A DNA stretch of 64,000 nt from NCBI RefSeq assembly GCF_009834535.1, contig NC_045727.1, positions 10,292,001-10,356,000 of the forward strand, given 5' to 3'. The position numbers and the translations under genes were made by a program. This stretch comes from Camelus ferus (taxonomy: Eukaryota). This document shows positions 22,501 through 33,950 of the stretch, piece after piece (position 1 is the stretch's first letter; every line of letters begins with the position of its first letter). Below the pieces are notes generated by a model. The model saw nothing but the letters and a program-made list of their open reading frames with translations. It was not told the origin of the DNA and made no database searches.

Positions 22501-25500
22501 ATCCCACTGTGTCGCCTTAACCATGTGTCTGCAGATTAGAGAACGCATTGAGGAACTTCGCTTGCCTGACCACTGGCGACGTGATCGCCATCAACTACAA
22601 CGAGAAGGTGAGCGGCTCAGCCTCACAGCTGGTGGCCGGGCAGCAGATGTGGTGAGCGCCTAGCTAGAGGACCCGCAGCAGGCTCTCCTGTTTGATGGGG
22701 CTCTTTGTGAGCAGGGTGGGTCTGACTTTTACCAAGTAATCGCTGCCTGTTTGCTTCTGAAGTCCTCATGGGCTCAGTTTTGGGGCTCTGTGCTAATCAG
22801 CCAGTGCCTCTGTTTTGGGAGTTGATGGACGTGGTTCCTGGCCACAAGGTGAGTGCTGTACACTTGTTCACCCCAGCATGTGTGTGCCAGTGGGCAGGGG
22901 GAGGCCTTAGGCCGCACTCGTGGTCAGAGCGAAGCCCCTCCTAGGCTGTGGGGACACAGAAGTGAACCTGCCCGGTCCTTGTCTCTCCCTCGGCGACGGC
23001 AGCACTGGGAGAGCTGGCCCCATCCCGTCGTCTGGACCTGTGTCTCCCTCGGCAGCAGGTCTGAGGTCTGGATGCCTCTCGTGTCCGTCCATGATGAGAG
23101 CTGCATGGATGCTGGTCCCAACGACTCGGCCATGAAGTGAGACACCACCTCATCTTCCATTTCTCACTCACCCTGTGCCCAGTTGGCACATCAGTTCCCA
23201 CAAGTCAGGACGGCATCCACCTCCCCACTCTCGGCGCACCCCGGAGAAAGACGTGGCGGTCGACAAGGCTGCCAGCGCCCTCCTGCCTCAGGCATGGAGC
23301 TCGGCGATGGGGTCTTTGTCCACTGTGACCCCACAGAGCTGCTGCCAGGGCCTCCCAGCGCTCAGGAGTGACCACAGCCCCAGTATGGCTTCTCTGAGGC
23401 CAGCTGGCTCCTTAACATGCCTGCCCATCCCCCCAGGACTCGGGCCTGAGGTTCAGCCTCTCCATCCGGATCTGTGTCACTTGGGGACCCAGCATGTTCT
23501 CTGTCAGTTTCTTCCGTTTGACTGAGAATCCTTATTTTTCAACTTGATGGGCTTTGAGTCACGCTTTTACATCTTTTCATGAACTAGAAAATAATCTTGT
23601 TCCTTTTAGCTTCAGAGAAATGTTTTCGGTATTGTCCATCTTCACCGAATGCTTTAAGCTTTCCAGGTTAATTACAGGCAGCCTTAATGCTACCATTCTT
23701 AAACAACTAAGACAGTAATGTTAAACATGACTCTTAAATTGATGATAGAAGGTAACGGTGACCTTTTTGCACTGAAAGGGCAGGTGACTTGCACGGGTAG
23801 ACACAGAACTGAAACTCAGGTTTGGTTCTGCTTTTAGAAGCATGGAAGTCCACACTATAAAGGGCCCTTCTGATTAAAGCTAGGCTGTGATTGGTTTGAG
23901 GGGCTCACATGAAACGGACATTTTCACAACTCTGCCATAGTGGTGCTTAGTGAGTGGTCTGGATCAGAGGCTCCTACAGGAAACTGGGCCCCTTAAAGGG
24001 GCCACAGTGGACGCAGTGGTGGGTGCTGTCCTCTTCTCGAGAGAAGGACCCCAGGCTCTCTGGGAACAGCACCCAGTTTCCAGTTGAGTCGGGCCCTTGG
24101 GAGGCAAACCACCAGACACCAAAAGCAGGTTTGGACCCTGAGGAAATCCGTATGGGGATCTTCAGGTGCAAGTATAAAACAATTACATATAAAATGTTTG
24201 AAGAAATTAAAAAGTTAAAATTTAGCAAGTGATGAAAGTCTACCAGAAATATCCAGGAGCGTTGGAAAAGCAGAGTTAACAGCTGACAAAAAATTAACAA
24301 AGAGAAGGTTAAATCCGGAGAAGTGACGTGGAATTCCGCACAGAGAAGTGGGAAAGCGGGACGCGAGAGCTGGAGGCTGCGGAGATCCCGAGAAAGCCAA
24401 CCGCTGGTGAGAGCCCAGCGGGAGAAGTGGCGGCCTGAGGAGGGTTGGGTGCCGCCTTCTGGAACCCGCCGTCCGCCCACAGTGACAGGATTTGAATGTT
24501 CAGCAGACGGGATGGTTGCAGATTCCACACAGCAGACCCAGAGAGGTGGGCAGAGAGAAAGCATCTCTCACGGAGGAACGGCGAAGAACAGGCCTTCCAG
24601 TAGCAGGCACTGCCCCCCCAGGCATCAGAGTGTCTGCAGAGGCTGAGGGAGTAACTGCCGTCAGACCTTGAAACAATAGGGCAAATCCCAATACTTCCAG
24701 GTGAGCAAAATCTGAGTTTGTTTACCAGTGGAACTTCAGAAGCTTGTGTTTTTGGAATGAGCATCACCGTACAGGGAAGGGCCAGGGTGCCAGAAGGAAG
24801 AATGGACTAGTAAGCTGACAGATATGAAGTAAGTCAGGGTGAACGCCGTTTCAGTCAGTACTGGTGTTCAGTACAAGCGGCTTAACGGTGGTACCTGAGA
24901 CACTGGAGAGAATCCTTCTCGAGGGTTGTTTAGAATTAAAGTGGTCTCTGTTTGCACTTCAGTAAAGGTGAGTCAGTAAAAATACATGTTGAGTGTTTAA
25001 AAATAGTTTAAAATGACTGTTTTGGCTACAGCGTAACAACACATACAACTGAAGCAAACACCCAGAGTACTCACCATGTGCAGCCCGCACCCTCTGGGAT
25101 GTCTGCCACCCTGTGGTCCAGGACACTTCTAGTTCTGGTTGCAGTGCCGCTGGCTTATGACTCGCTAGGTTGTTGTGACCTTCAGCTTGAAAACACAGCT
25201 GTAGAGAGAGGTGACCATGTGCCCGGAGGCCATGGACACGGGTCGGGGCAGCAGGGCCCCTGGAGGGAGCTGGATGGGGAGGTGGTGGCGTGTCCTCACA
25301 GCGACATGCCTTCACTTCTGGTCATCGCAGTGAGGAAACGTGAATACGGACGGGCACCCAGAGCCTTCCCTCTTAACTCAGGTGACCCCCTCCCCAATGA
25401 CTAGGGTTTTTCCTGCTGGGACCGTCCCCACTGTCTGCTATAAAAGCAGAACATACTCTGGGGAGAAACAGAACCTAAGTCAGTGCAGGAAAAGGAGACT

Positions 25501-28500
25501 CTGCCACTTTAAGTTCCTATCCTGTGTGGTGGCTTTTGTACGTGTTTTACATGCGTGAGGTCATCCTGGACACCCAGCAGCATGGCTGCTTTTCTGCTGC
25601 TTTCCCTGCCAGCTGCCTGGACCTGCCGGGACTACAGCTTGCTCGGATGTGAATAAACGCCATTCATTTACCCTTCCAGTGATGGGCATCTCAGGTGTTC
25701 GCACACTACCGCTGGCGTGCTGCAGTGAGCAGTCTTAGAGTCTTCTCTCTCTGTGTCTGGCGAAACATTTACTTCGAGTTAATTCCTAGAAGTGAACTTT
25801 TCTAACATAAACATTGCGAGTGTTACAATTTGCTCCATAGATACTTTGATATGAGTCATTTAGGAGGAGCAGTCAACTGAGGGTTGGTCTTCAAGGCAGC
25901 ACCCCACCATGGCCGCTTTTCACAGTGAGAGGTGTGGCTGGAGAGGGTGTCGGGGGAGGAGTGGATGATGCGTGTGCGGGGCTGGGTGGGGGCTGCAGTG
26001 GTGTGAACGGGGTCGTCCCCCGTGCTGCCACGAAACTGACTGATTTCTGTCCCCCCAGATCTATGAGCTGCGGGTCATGGAGACCAAGCCTGACAAGGCT
26101 GTGTCCATCATCGAGTGCGACATGAATGTGAGTGGCTGGGGATGGGGCGGTGGGGGCCCTGCAGCCCCTGGGACATCATAGGGGATGCTGTGGTGGTCAC
26201 TGACCTTGTGGTTGGTCTTGGGCCATTGGGGGTGGCAAGGCTGCAGCTGGTTCTGAGGTGGCCACACACCCCAGGTCTCAGACCTGCCAAGGAGGCCTCT
26301 CAGCTCTGGGCAGGAGGGCCTAGGGTTCCCGTGCTAGCCTGGCCGTAGGGTCTCCAGGTAACAGTGCCCAGCACCAGGGCCAGTCCCAAGAGGTTGCACT
26401 ATGTCTGGCCCCATTTACGTAACGTTCTTGAAATGACAGAACTGGAGAAATTAGGACAGAGTGGTTGTGGGGGTCACGGCCGGGAGAGGTGGGTGGGTAT
26501 GAAAGGGCAGCTCGAGGGGTCCCCGTGTAGGAGCCACTGTGGTCACTGCCATGGGTGGGGATGCCAGCTGCACAGTGTTAAAACAGAGAGAGCTGAGTGC
26601 ATAGAGTGTGGGGACAGGTCAGACCGGGCACTCAGAAAGAGGGCCGGGGTGTTGGCGCTGGGCTCCTCGGGCGGTGCCAGGCAGAGGGTTTGTAAAACTA
26701 GAGGTCGAGAAGCTGGGTGGGCTGCACAAGCCCTTTCTGTGTTGTTTCCTGTAACTGCATGTGAACCCACGGTTGTCTCAATTTAAGACAGAAAAGCCCG
26801 TAAGCTAAGTGTGGCCCGGTCTCACGTTGTCCCTTCATCTTGGAACAGGTGGACTTTGATGCCCCACTGGGCTACAAAGAGCCCGAAAGACAAGTCCAGC
26901 ATGAGGAATCCGCCGTGAGTCCCCCAGCTCCACACAGCTCCCCTCGGTGGTGGTCTGGGCAGTATGTCCCAAGGTGTCCTGACGGCCAGGATGCCCTGGC
27001 CGTCAGGGGGCCCTGCCAAGCAGCTCACCCTGCTCTTCTGTCCCGCAGGAAGGTGACGCTGACCCCAGTGGCTATGCCGGGGAGCTGGGCTTCCGCGTGA
27101 GTGCCCGCGTCGTAGTACCCCACACCTTCATGGTCACCAAAGCCCTTTCTGTCCACTTTATCCGGGTCCTCCCGACACCTTGGTCAGTCAGCCCTAACTA
27201 TTTCTTTTTAAAAATTTCTCGCCTAACAAAAAAGTGAACTAGTTCAGTAGACACACATGCACCCTTCCTTCAGAGTCACCAAGTGAGGCTGCTTCAGCCT
27301 CTCTCTAAACGTATGGTCCTCCCCTTTGCGACATTGCTGGAACCTGCCCCTCCAGCACTGCTGCCCCCTGGGGAGCCTTGGCGGCAGGGCAGCAGAGGGG
27401 TCGGGGCCCCCAGACCCTGGGGCGCTGGGCAGAGGCTCCTCTCAGCTCGAGGCAGTGGGACCCCTGCCCTCGTCCTCGCAGCGGCCTCTGCCCCAAGGAG
27501 ACTGCAGTTGTCCCCTGTCCTCAGGGCTCCCCTCACACGCCCCCCCTGGTCCAGGCCTTCTCCGGCTCCGGGAACAGACTGGATGGGAAGAAGAAGGGTG
27601 TGGAGCCCAGCCCCTCGCCCATCAAGCCTGGAGACATCAAGAGGTGGGTGTGCCCATCTGGCCTCTCCTGGATGAGGTGGTCCAGCCCCACCAGCCCCAG
27701 GGCATCTGGGCAGGCTTCTCTCCTACTTAAAACCTTTTTGGGTCTGGGTCATCACTGGGCCTGTTTTCCCATTTTGTGACCTCAAATGACTGATCCACTT
27801 CCCCTGAGTAGAAGTGGCTGTGTTCGTGTTTTCTGGTCCAGACTCCCTGCTCTGGTGCCAGCGCGGTGGCGGCAGGCCGGAGACATCTCCCCTGTCGACC
27901 ATGTGAGAGCAGAAGCAGAGTGCTGGCTGTGGGTTGGCACCAGCCTCTTAGGGAACGAAGTGAGTTCTGTGAGTGTAGTCCTTGCAGGGTGACACGTGAA
28001 GCTGGAGAACACAGAAAATCAGGCTCCCACGCCTCCAGTGCCGTCTGTTCCTATTGGAGGGGCGCTGGGAGGCACCAGCGGGGTGGTCCAAGGCTAGGGG
28101 GAGTGGGTGCAGCCGCAGGTCCAGGAGGAGGGGCCCAGGATGCCCACCGTCTCTTCTGCCTCCTTTCTCTTCCTGTGACAAGAAATGATTTTAGTCCTTG
28201 TCTCCCTGAGCTAGCATGTTTTCCGCTCTCTTCTTTACAGAGGAATTCCCAATTATGAATTTAAACTTGGTAAGATCACCTTCATCAGAAACTCACGTCC
28301 ACTGGTCAAAAAAGTTGAAGAGGTGAGTGTGTTTCGTGGACAATGAGAAGTTCTATTGACTGTGGTGACCGGAGGAATTCTCTTCATTCTGAATTGAGTA
28401 GGGATGTTTCTGTCATATTTTTCTTCGTTCAGGGCCCTTCCTCTCCCCAGTGGTCTGATCATCCCATTGAGGCTGTGGGTAGGGGTGGGCACACTGCAGC

Positions 28501-31500
28501 CCTGGTGTCCGCTCACAAGTGATCAGCGAGATTGCAGCTCACAGAGCCCTGGCCAGGTGCCGGGCCCATGCTGTCCCCTGGACAGTCTCAGTGGCCATGA
28601 TTGTCCGCGTTTTTACAGAAATGAACATGAATGCGTGTGGCGGTCAGGGCCCCCAGGGTCCTGACCACCACCTGGCCACCCCAGTGCCAGCGCACTCCAG
28701 AAACGGCCTGCACCAAGGCCTGGGGGCACAGCCTCCTTCAGCCAGGGTCCCCTGGGGAAGCAGGGGAGGCCACAGATGTGTGCAGAGGTGTGGCCAGAGG
28801 GTAAGTTCCACCCTGGCGTGGCCTGTCACAGACTGCCCGCCCGCCCAGCACCCCAGCCATGTGCTGTTGCGAGAACACTCACAGACCCTCACTCTCCTGG
28901 GTGCTTTTCTCAAAGGCTCAGTCCCTCAGGAGCCCAGGAGTGAGCAGAGACGACTGTGCTGCCTGCACATTGCGGATACACAGCCCCTCTTGGCCTTAAC
29001 GTTCCTCAAGCTGATGCTGTGTTCCAGGCTCTGAGGAGCTGACGTGGTCCCGACCAGGAGGCCCATCCAGGCCTTTGCTCACCAATGGCCGGGCTGCTCA
29101 GCCCCAGGGGGGTGTCCTCTGGGCTTACTGGTCCCTAACTGTTGGAGGTACAGGGGGAGGAGAGGGTGAGGCCGTGTTGTCCATAAGTGGACCTTGGAGA
29201 AGAGATGTGTGACTTGAAGTGGGCTTGAAGGCACATGCTCCCTCGGCCTCATCCTGGAACCCCCTGGATGGGGCACAGATGACTAGGTGACAGACAGTGG
29301 GGAGGCACCTGGAAGAGCAGAAGGCCAGGGGGACCTGACATGACAGGCCATGGAAGGCCGTGTGCAGAGCCGGCTGTGTGCGGAGCTGGCCGTGGGGCTC
29401 CTAGACCCGCAGCACCACCTTCCCCTGGGGAAGAGGGCCCACCTGTGGGACAGGCAGGCGTCACAGAGGCCCCTGGATGACTGTCCGCAGGGTGCTGAGC
29501 AGGCCTTACTGGAGGAGCGAGTGACCTTCACCTTGCTCCAGGTCCTTTCCTGGCTAGGCTCCTGCCACTGGCCACTGGGCTGGCTCATTATAGTTGGAGG
29601 TTGGAGGCGCCTCTGTGGACGGTGAGCCCAGGGAAGGTCCCAGCCTTCACCCCGGAGTGAAGACCAGTCAGAAAGTTCCTGGCGCCAGCATCCCAGTCAC
29701 ATGAGACCAGAGAGACCAGAGGAGCTGAAGCCACCAGGGAGATCAGGGCTCCAACTGAGGGGCCAGTGCCTGCAGATCAGGAGGCCCACCGAGTGTCCAG
29801 CACGGTAGATGAAGACAGCTCCAAACTGGGGCAAAGATCCTCAGGCTTCCAGGAGAAAGAGGGGCCACCAGGGGTCAAGCATGGCATCACCCTCGAAGGA
29901 CAGGGAAAGCCAGGACATGGGAGAGCAGGGTCTCCAAGGCTCTGAAAGGAAGCATTTCCAAAAGTTCTGTGCCCAACTCTTATGGGCCGAATTGTGTCCC
30001 CCACATTCCCATGTTGACGCCCTAACCCCCAGCACCCCAGAGTGTGACTGTCTTTGAAGAGTCTATTAAAATAAGGCCCTGTCCCTTCTGACTGGTGCCC
30101 TTCTAAGCAGAGAAGATGTGGACATGCAGGAAAGGCCATGGAGGACTCAGCAAGAGGCGGCTACCTGCAGGCCAAGGAGAGGGGCCTTGGGAGATGCCAC
30201 AGTGCTGGCACCTGGTCCTGGGACTCCACGCCACTGGACTGTGAGGAGATGGACTTCTGCTATTTGAATTCCGAGCCTGTGGTGTCTTGTTACTGCCACC
30301 CCAGCAATCTGACTCCCACCACCCTGCAGTGACACCAGAGGAGAGCGGGGTTCCCAGTCACATAGGAGCCAAGACAAGGTAGTAGTCCTCATGTTCCTGT
30401 TTTCAGGAGGCCACAAGGACACACCCCACCCAAACAAAGGAATGAGGTAGAACCAAGAAAGCCTTAGACCCAGAATTTGGGGGTCCTCATACAACATGCA
30501 CCCGGGACAGTGGCCAGTCGAGGCAGCAGCCCGAAGGCCCCAGAAGACGTTCCTCCCTTGCCCAGATGACATCGGCGGCTGCGACTGAATGTGCGTGGAA
30601 GAGGGGCCGGGCACCATGTCCACAGCGGGCAGAAGAGGGCTCTATCAGAGCAGAAGGCTGTGTGGCTCAGCTGTGACTTGTCTTTATGTGGTAGATACCA
30701 CAGCAACCCCGTGCAGACCCTTCCAGAAACACCAGCCGCACTGGGTGGTGGGGACGGTGCCGGGGTGTGGGCTGGAGAGCTTGGAATCCCCTGCCAGAGA
30801 CAATGTCTCTGCCTGACCAGTGACGTTGCTCCTGAGAAGATGCCTGCTGTCTCCCAGAACTCATAAGACAAGTCGCCTTCCTGCCAGTGGCTAGTGAGGG
30901 CCAGTGAGTCACCATTTGTAAAAAGCCTTAAGAACACCTGCATCCTTTCCCCAAGGAATTCAACTTATAGGAAAAATCAGAGTTGTGTGTGGGGACATTA
31001 AGCTGCTCACCAGGGCAACTGAAATACTGCAGACCTGGAGGTCACCTCTGGCAGGAGAAGGACTGCCTCTCTGCAGCCTTCGGAGCGTCCTGGTGGGAAG
31101 TGTGTTGCCCTGACACTTGAAAATAGTTGAAATAAGTGTATACAGAAAAGTGACTGGAAATGTTATTTTGGGGTGGTTTTTCTTTGGGGGGGTGTTGTGT
31201 ATTTTTTACATTGAAAATGTGATGCCCCTGCAGAAGGGTGTACGTTCTCCCTGGGAGTCAAGGCTGATGGACGCAGAGTTGTGAGTCCGTGGTTTGGTTT
31301 TCAGTTCAGTAGACCACAGTTTGTGTTTCTATTTAGACATTTCTTATGAAGAATGTGGGAGTGAGGAAAGTGGGTGGATGGCACATGAGTCAACAGAAGA
31401 AAGTGTTTTTCATTAAACCTCCAAGGAGTTTCTGAAAACAATGGTTTTCTTTTCATGCCCAGGATGAAGCTGGAGGCAGGTTCGTTGCTTTCTCCGGAGA

Positions 31501-31537
31501 AGGACAGTCGTTGCGGAAAAAGGGAAGAAAGCCTTAA
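13530..31537 (+). CDS. UFD1: UFD1 (ubiquitin recognition factor in ERAD, p97/VCP cofactor), complete: join(13530..13532,15795..15927,16287..16319,18341..18462,20342..20472,22535..22607,26059..26127,26849..26914,27049..27096,27555..27643,28241..28322,31463..31537)
   Basis: 12 exons sum to 924 nt = 307 aa + TAA; [25 protein letters not shown]...[15 protein letters not shown] matches recalled UFD1. Confidence 0.98.
14408..14935 (-). mobile_element. L1MB-type 3' end (antisense to UFD1), interrupted by N-gap
   Basis: aaccatttttaagtg...ggctgaacaatattccattgtatg...ttcattcatctgtcaatgga motifs. Confidence 0.75.
14547..14678. other. Assembly gap (132 N) inside an old L1 fragment
   Basis: N-run flanked on both sides by L1M 3'-end sequence. 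Confidence 0.95.
15795..15927 (+). CDS. UFD1: UFD1 exon 2 (133 nt)
   Basis: [44 protein letters not shown]; AG/GT. Confidence 0.96.
16287..16319 (+). CDS. UFD1: UFD1 exon 3 (33 nt)
   Basis: [10 protein letters not shown]; CAG/GTAAGT. Confidence 0.95.
17014..17080 (+). mobile_element. MIR fragment
   Basis: actctgaacctcagagtcctcatcttt resembles the MIR core. Confidence 0.45.
18341..18462 (+). CDS. UFD1: UFD1 exon 4 (122 nt)
   Basis: [40 protein letters not shown]; AG/GTGAGT. Confidence 0.96.
20342..20472 (+). CDS. UFD1: UFD1 exon 5 (131 nt)
   Basis: [43 protein letters not shown]; donor GTATCCTT. Confidence 0.96.
20473..22534 (+). other. UFD1: U12-type (minor spliceosome) GT-AG intron, UFD1 intron 5
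   Basis: 5' site GTATCCTT (20473-20480); branch point CCTTAAC (22515-22521) 13 nt before the intron end. Confidence 0.92.
22130..22380 (-). mobile_element. L1M 3'-end fragment
   Basis: attgaggtgtaatttacagacagtgaaattcac motif. Confidence 0.5.
22535..22607 (+). CDS. UFD1: UFD1 exon 6 (73 nt)
   Basis: [24 protein letters not shown]; AG/GT. Confidence 0.96.
24130..25050 (+). mobile_element. Highly degraded L1ME-like ORF1/ORF2-junction remnant
   Basis: A-rich strand asymmetry and L1-like motifs; low identity. Confidence 0.35.
26059..26127 (+). CDS. UFD1: UFD1 exon 7 (69 nt)
   Basis: [23 protein letters not shown]; AG/GTGAGT. Confidence 0.96.
26849..26914 (+). CDS. UFD1: UFD1 exon 8 (66 nt)
   Basis: [22 protein letters not shown]; AG/GTGAGT. 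Confidence 0.96.
27049..27096 (+). CDS. UFD1: UFD1 exon 9 (48 nt)
   Basis: [16 protein letters not shown]; AG/GTGAGT. Confidence 0.94.
27555..27643 (+). CDS. UFD1: UFD1 exon 10 (89 nt; SHP box FSGSGNRL)
   Basis: [29 protein letters not shown]; AG/GT. Confidence 0.96.
28241..28322 (+). CDS. UFD1: UFD1 exon 11 (82 nt)
   Basis: [27 protein letters not shown]; AG/GTGAGT. Confidence 0.96.
29978..30314 (+). mobile_element. MaLR solo LTR (MLT1-type)
   Basis: Starts ttatgggccgaattgtgtcccc...taacccccagcacc; ends gcctgtggtgtcttgttactgccaccccagcaatct, as in MLT1A-C. Confidence 0.8.
31463..31537 (+). CDS. UFD1: UFD1 exon 12 coding part (75 nt incl. TAA)
   Basis: [24 protein letters not shown]. Confidence 0.96.
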   Translation, partial: DEAGGRFVAFSGEGQSLRKKGRKP

Positions 31538-31561
31538 GCTGGGGCTGTTGGCTGATTGGAG

Positions 31562-31567
31562 AATAAA
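31562..31567 (+). terminator. Candidate UFD1 polyadenylation signal AATAAA (second candidate at 32167-32172)
   Basis: Hexamer match downstream of the stop codon; usage not verifiable. Confidence 0.4.
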
Positions 31568-33099
31568 ATAATTGCAGCATGATGGCTTTTAGTTACTGCC
31601 TTTGACGGGGATGCTCCGTCACTTTAGGTGTGTTTAGAGTGACCTAAGAATTACCGGGTTTGACCGGAACGTGGACCAGCAGGACTTGCAGCCAGTGTCT
31701 GATTTGGGGAGAGAAGCTGCCTCTGAGGTCCCACAGCCTCCTCTTGCTTTCAGGCCCTCAGGACACGCCCACTGCTGAAGCAGTTTCCTAATTCCTGCCC
31801 AGAACCTGCGAAGGGAATTGAATTACTCTAACTTGTGGTGTTTTCTCTTTTTTCATATATCCTTTCTTTTCCCAGGTCATAGTTTAGCATTTGCCTTTGG
31901 CCTAGAAAAAAGTGGTTTAAACAGATAAGTGCTCCGTAAACAGTGGTTATCCCATTACTCTGGCTACAGTTTATTTGAGGAAGGGTGTTTCTATTTTTAT
32001 TTTATATGTTGAGTTTTTTTCCCCTAAAAAGTCATTCCTCAGCAGGAGAACCTGACCTGAAAACATTTCCAATTTTTTTTCAATTTCATATAGAAATGAC
32101 TGGCCCCTTAATCAATCTGTTCTTCTGTAAAACAACTTCATGGTGAAGCACAAATGTAACCATTAGAATAAATGAAAGCTAAAGCTCTCTTCTTTCCCCT
32201 TCCCTACCCCCCATTCCCAGTGTTAATGTATCCAAAGTTCTGCTGGCCTGCCTTTATTTTTTAACTAGGGTTAATTTAGCCTCAGATTTTCACTTTCTAT
32301 AATATGACATGTTAATTCAATTTCCAGTATCTCTTCTTTCTTGAAAATAATTATGATTCAAGAATTTCAAATAAAAACAGGCAGTGACTAAAACCTGAAT
32401 TGCCTCCAAATGTCTGATAAAATACCAACAGGGATTGACACTTGGGCCACTGACCCAACCAGAGGAAGGCCTGCTTGCAAGGAACCTTCATTCCATCTGC
32501 CCTTAGAAAGGGCTCTGGGGGGCTTCTCCCAGACAGTGTAGGGGGAAACAAGGCTCTTGACCCCTGGGGAGGGGGTGGTCGGGCCCAGCAGGGTTTCCCC
32601 TTGTTTGTGATAGTAGGCCAAGGGGTCTGTCCATCTTTGGATAGGGCTCCCCTCACTCAGGAGAGGGCGTCCCCATGCAGGATGCGTCCCCAGGGTTCAC
32701 CCACGAGTCCTCAGAGTGAGCATCAAAGGTCATCCTGATGGCCAGGGCTGAACCCTGTGGCCCACACCACACCACTGTCTGTGGGTGTGACTCTGGAAGG
32801 CATGAGCACGGCTGGGACCTACAGACCCTCCATTCAACGGGTCCTGGGGTCGCCGGCAGAGGTGGGAGCCCTCCTGGGTGGGCAAGACGTCTCTGTCCGC
32901 GGGATCACGTGGGCTACCGTGTCGTTCTGTGCTCGAGTGTCACGTGGGACTCTGGCCCTGGGTTCTTGTCTGCCCTGAGCGGCACCTGCTGTGTCTACAA
33001 GGAAACCACTCCTTGTCGGTTCCTGGAGGCGCACTCCCTGCTTGGACCAGGGATGGCCCCGCTGCTGGGTCTGGTGACAATGGGGTTGCCTGGAGCAGA

Positions 33100-33950
33100 A
33101 GGCCTGGTAAGGCTGCTGCAAAGAACCTGCCTGAACCGCGTGGTTCCGTCAGAAACGGCCACTGGACGTGAACATGTAGCGGAATGCCCGGTGGCCGGAG
33201 CGGACGGCTGCGGCCTACACAGCCACGCAGCGTGGCCTGGCTTTCGGACCCTGGGGCGCGCCCCGCCCACAGCGCCCCGGCCCCGCCCTTCCTCGGTTGT
33301 TACTGGCTGCCAACCCGGACGTCCTATTCACTGGCGCGTCTCAAGGAGGAGGGCGAGGATGTAGTGATGACATCTCGGAGTTCATTGGTTCCTCTACCCA
33401 TCAATCACGAGGTGGCCGGCGAGCCCAGGAGGCGGGTCAGGCAGCAGCTCAGACATGGCTAACGGCGGTGGCTGGCGGGTAAGTGCTGCGACCGCCCGGG
33501 GCCCACGGGAAGGGCGATAACTCGGTCCGGGCTGAGCGGGGCTAGCCGGTGGTGACCGGGTCCGGGCCGAGCGGGGCAGCTGGTGGTGACCGGGTCCGGG
33601 CCGAGCGGGGTGGGTGGGCTCCGGGTCACCTGCTCATGCCTGGTCCCCGCAGCCGCCGCGCCCGTGCGAGGCCTACCGCGCGGAGTGGGAGCTCTGCCGC
33701 AGCGCCGGGCACTTCCTGCGCCACTACTACGTCCACGGAGAGCGGCCGGCCTGCGGGCAGTGGCGGCGGGACCTGGCCAGCTGCCGCGAGTGGGAGGAGC
33801 GCCGCAGCGCCGAGGCCCAGGTGAGGCCCAGGGGACGGGCCTGCAGGGGTTGGTTCTGCCGAGCCCGGGAAGCAGCCCGAGTAGCATCACCCAGCCCCGG
33901 GCCTGACGCCGGGACAGAGACGGCCCACCGCTGAGGGCAGGGGGCGGCTG
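33100..33950. promoter_or_regulatory. CpG island over the C22orf39 promoter and exons 1-2
   Basis: CpG-rich; GC boxes (CCCCGCCC) near 33259-33287; ATTGG at 33384-33388. Confidence 0.75.

Noticed and set aside
23974-24564. 196-aa - strand ORF in UFD1 intron 6
   Set aside because: Antisense to a degraded L1 remnant; hydrophobic translation reflects T-richness.
32738-33364. 208-aa ORF upstream of C22orf39
   Set aside because: No recognisable homology; runs into the CpG island; not in frame-linked splice relation with C22orf39 exons.
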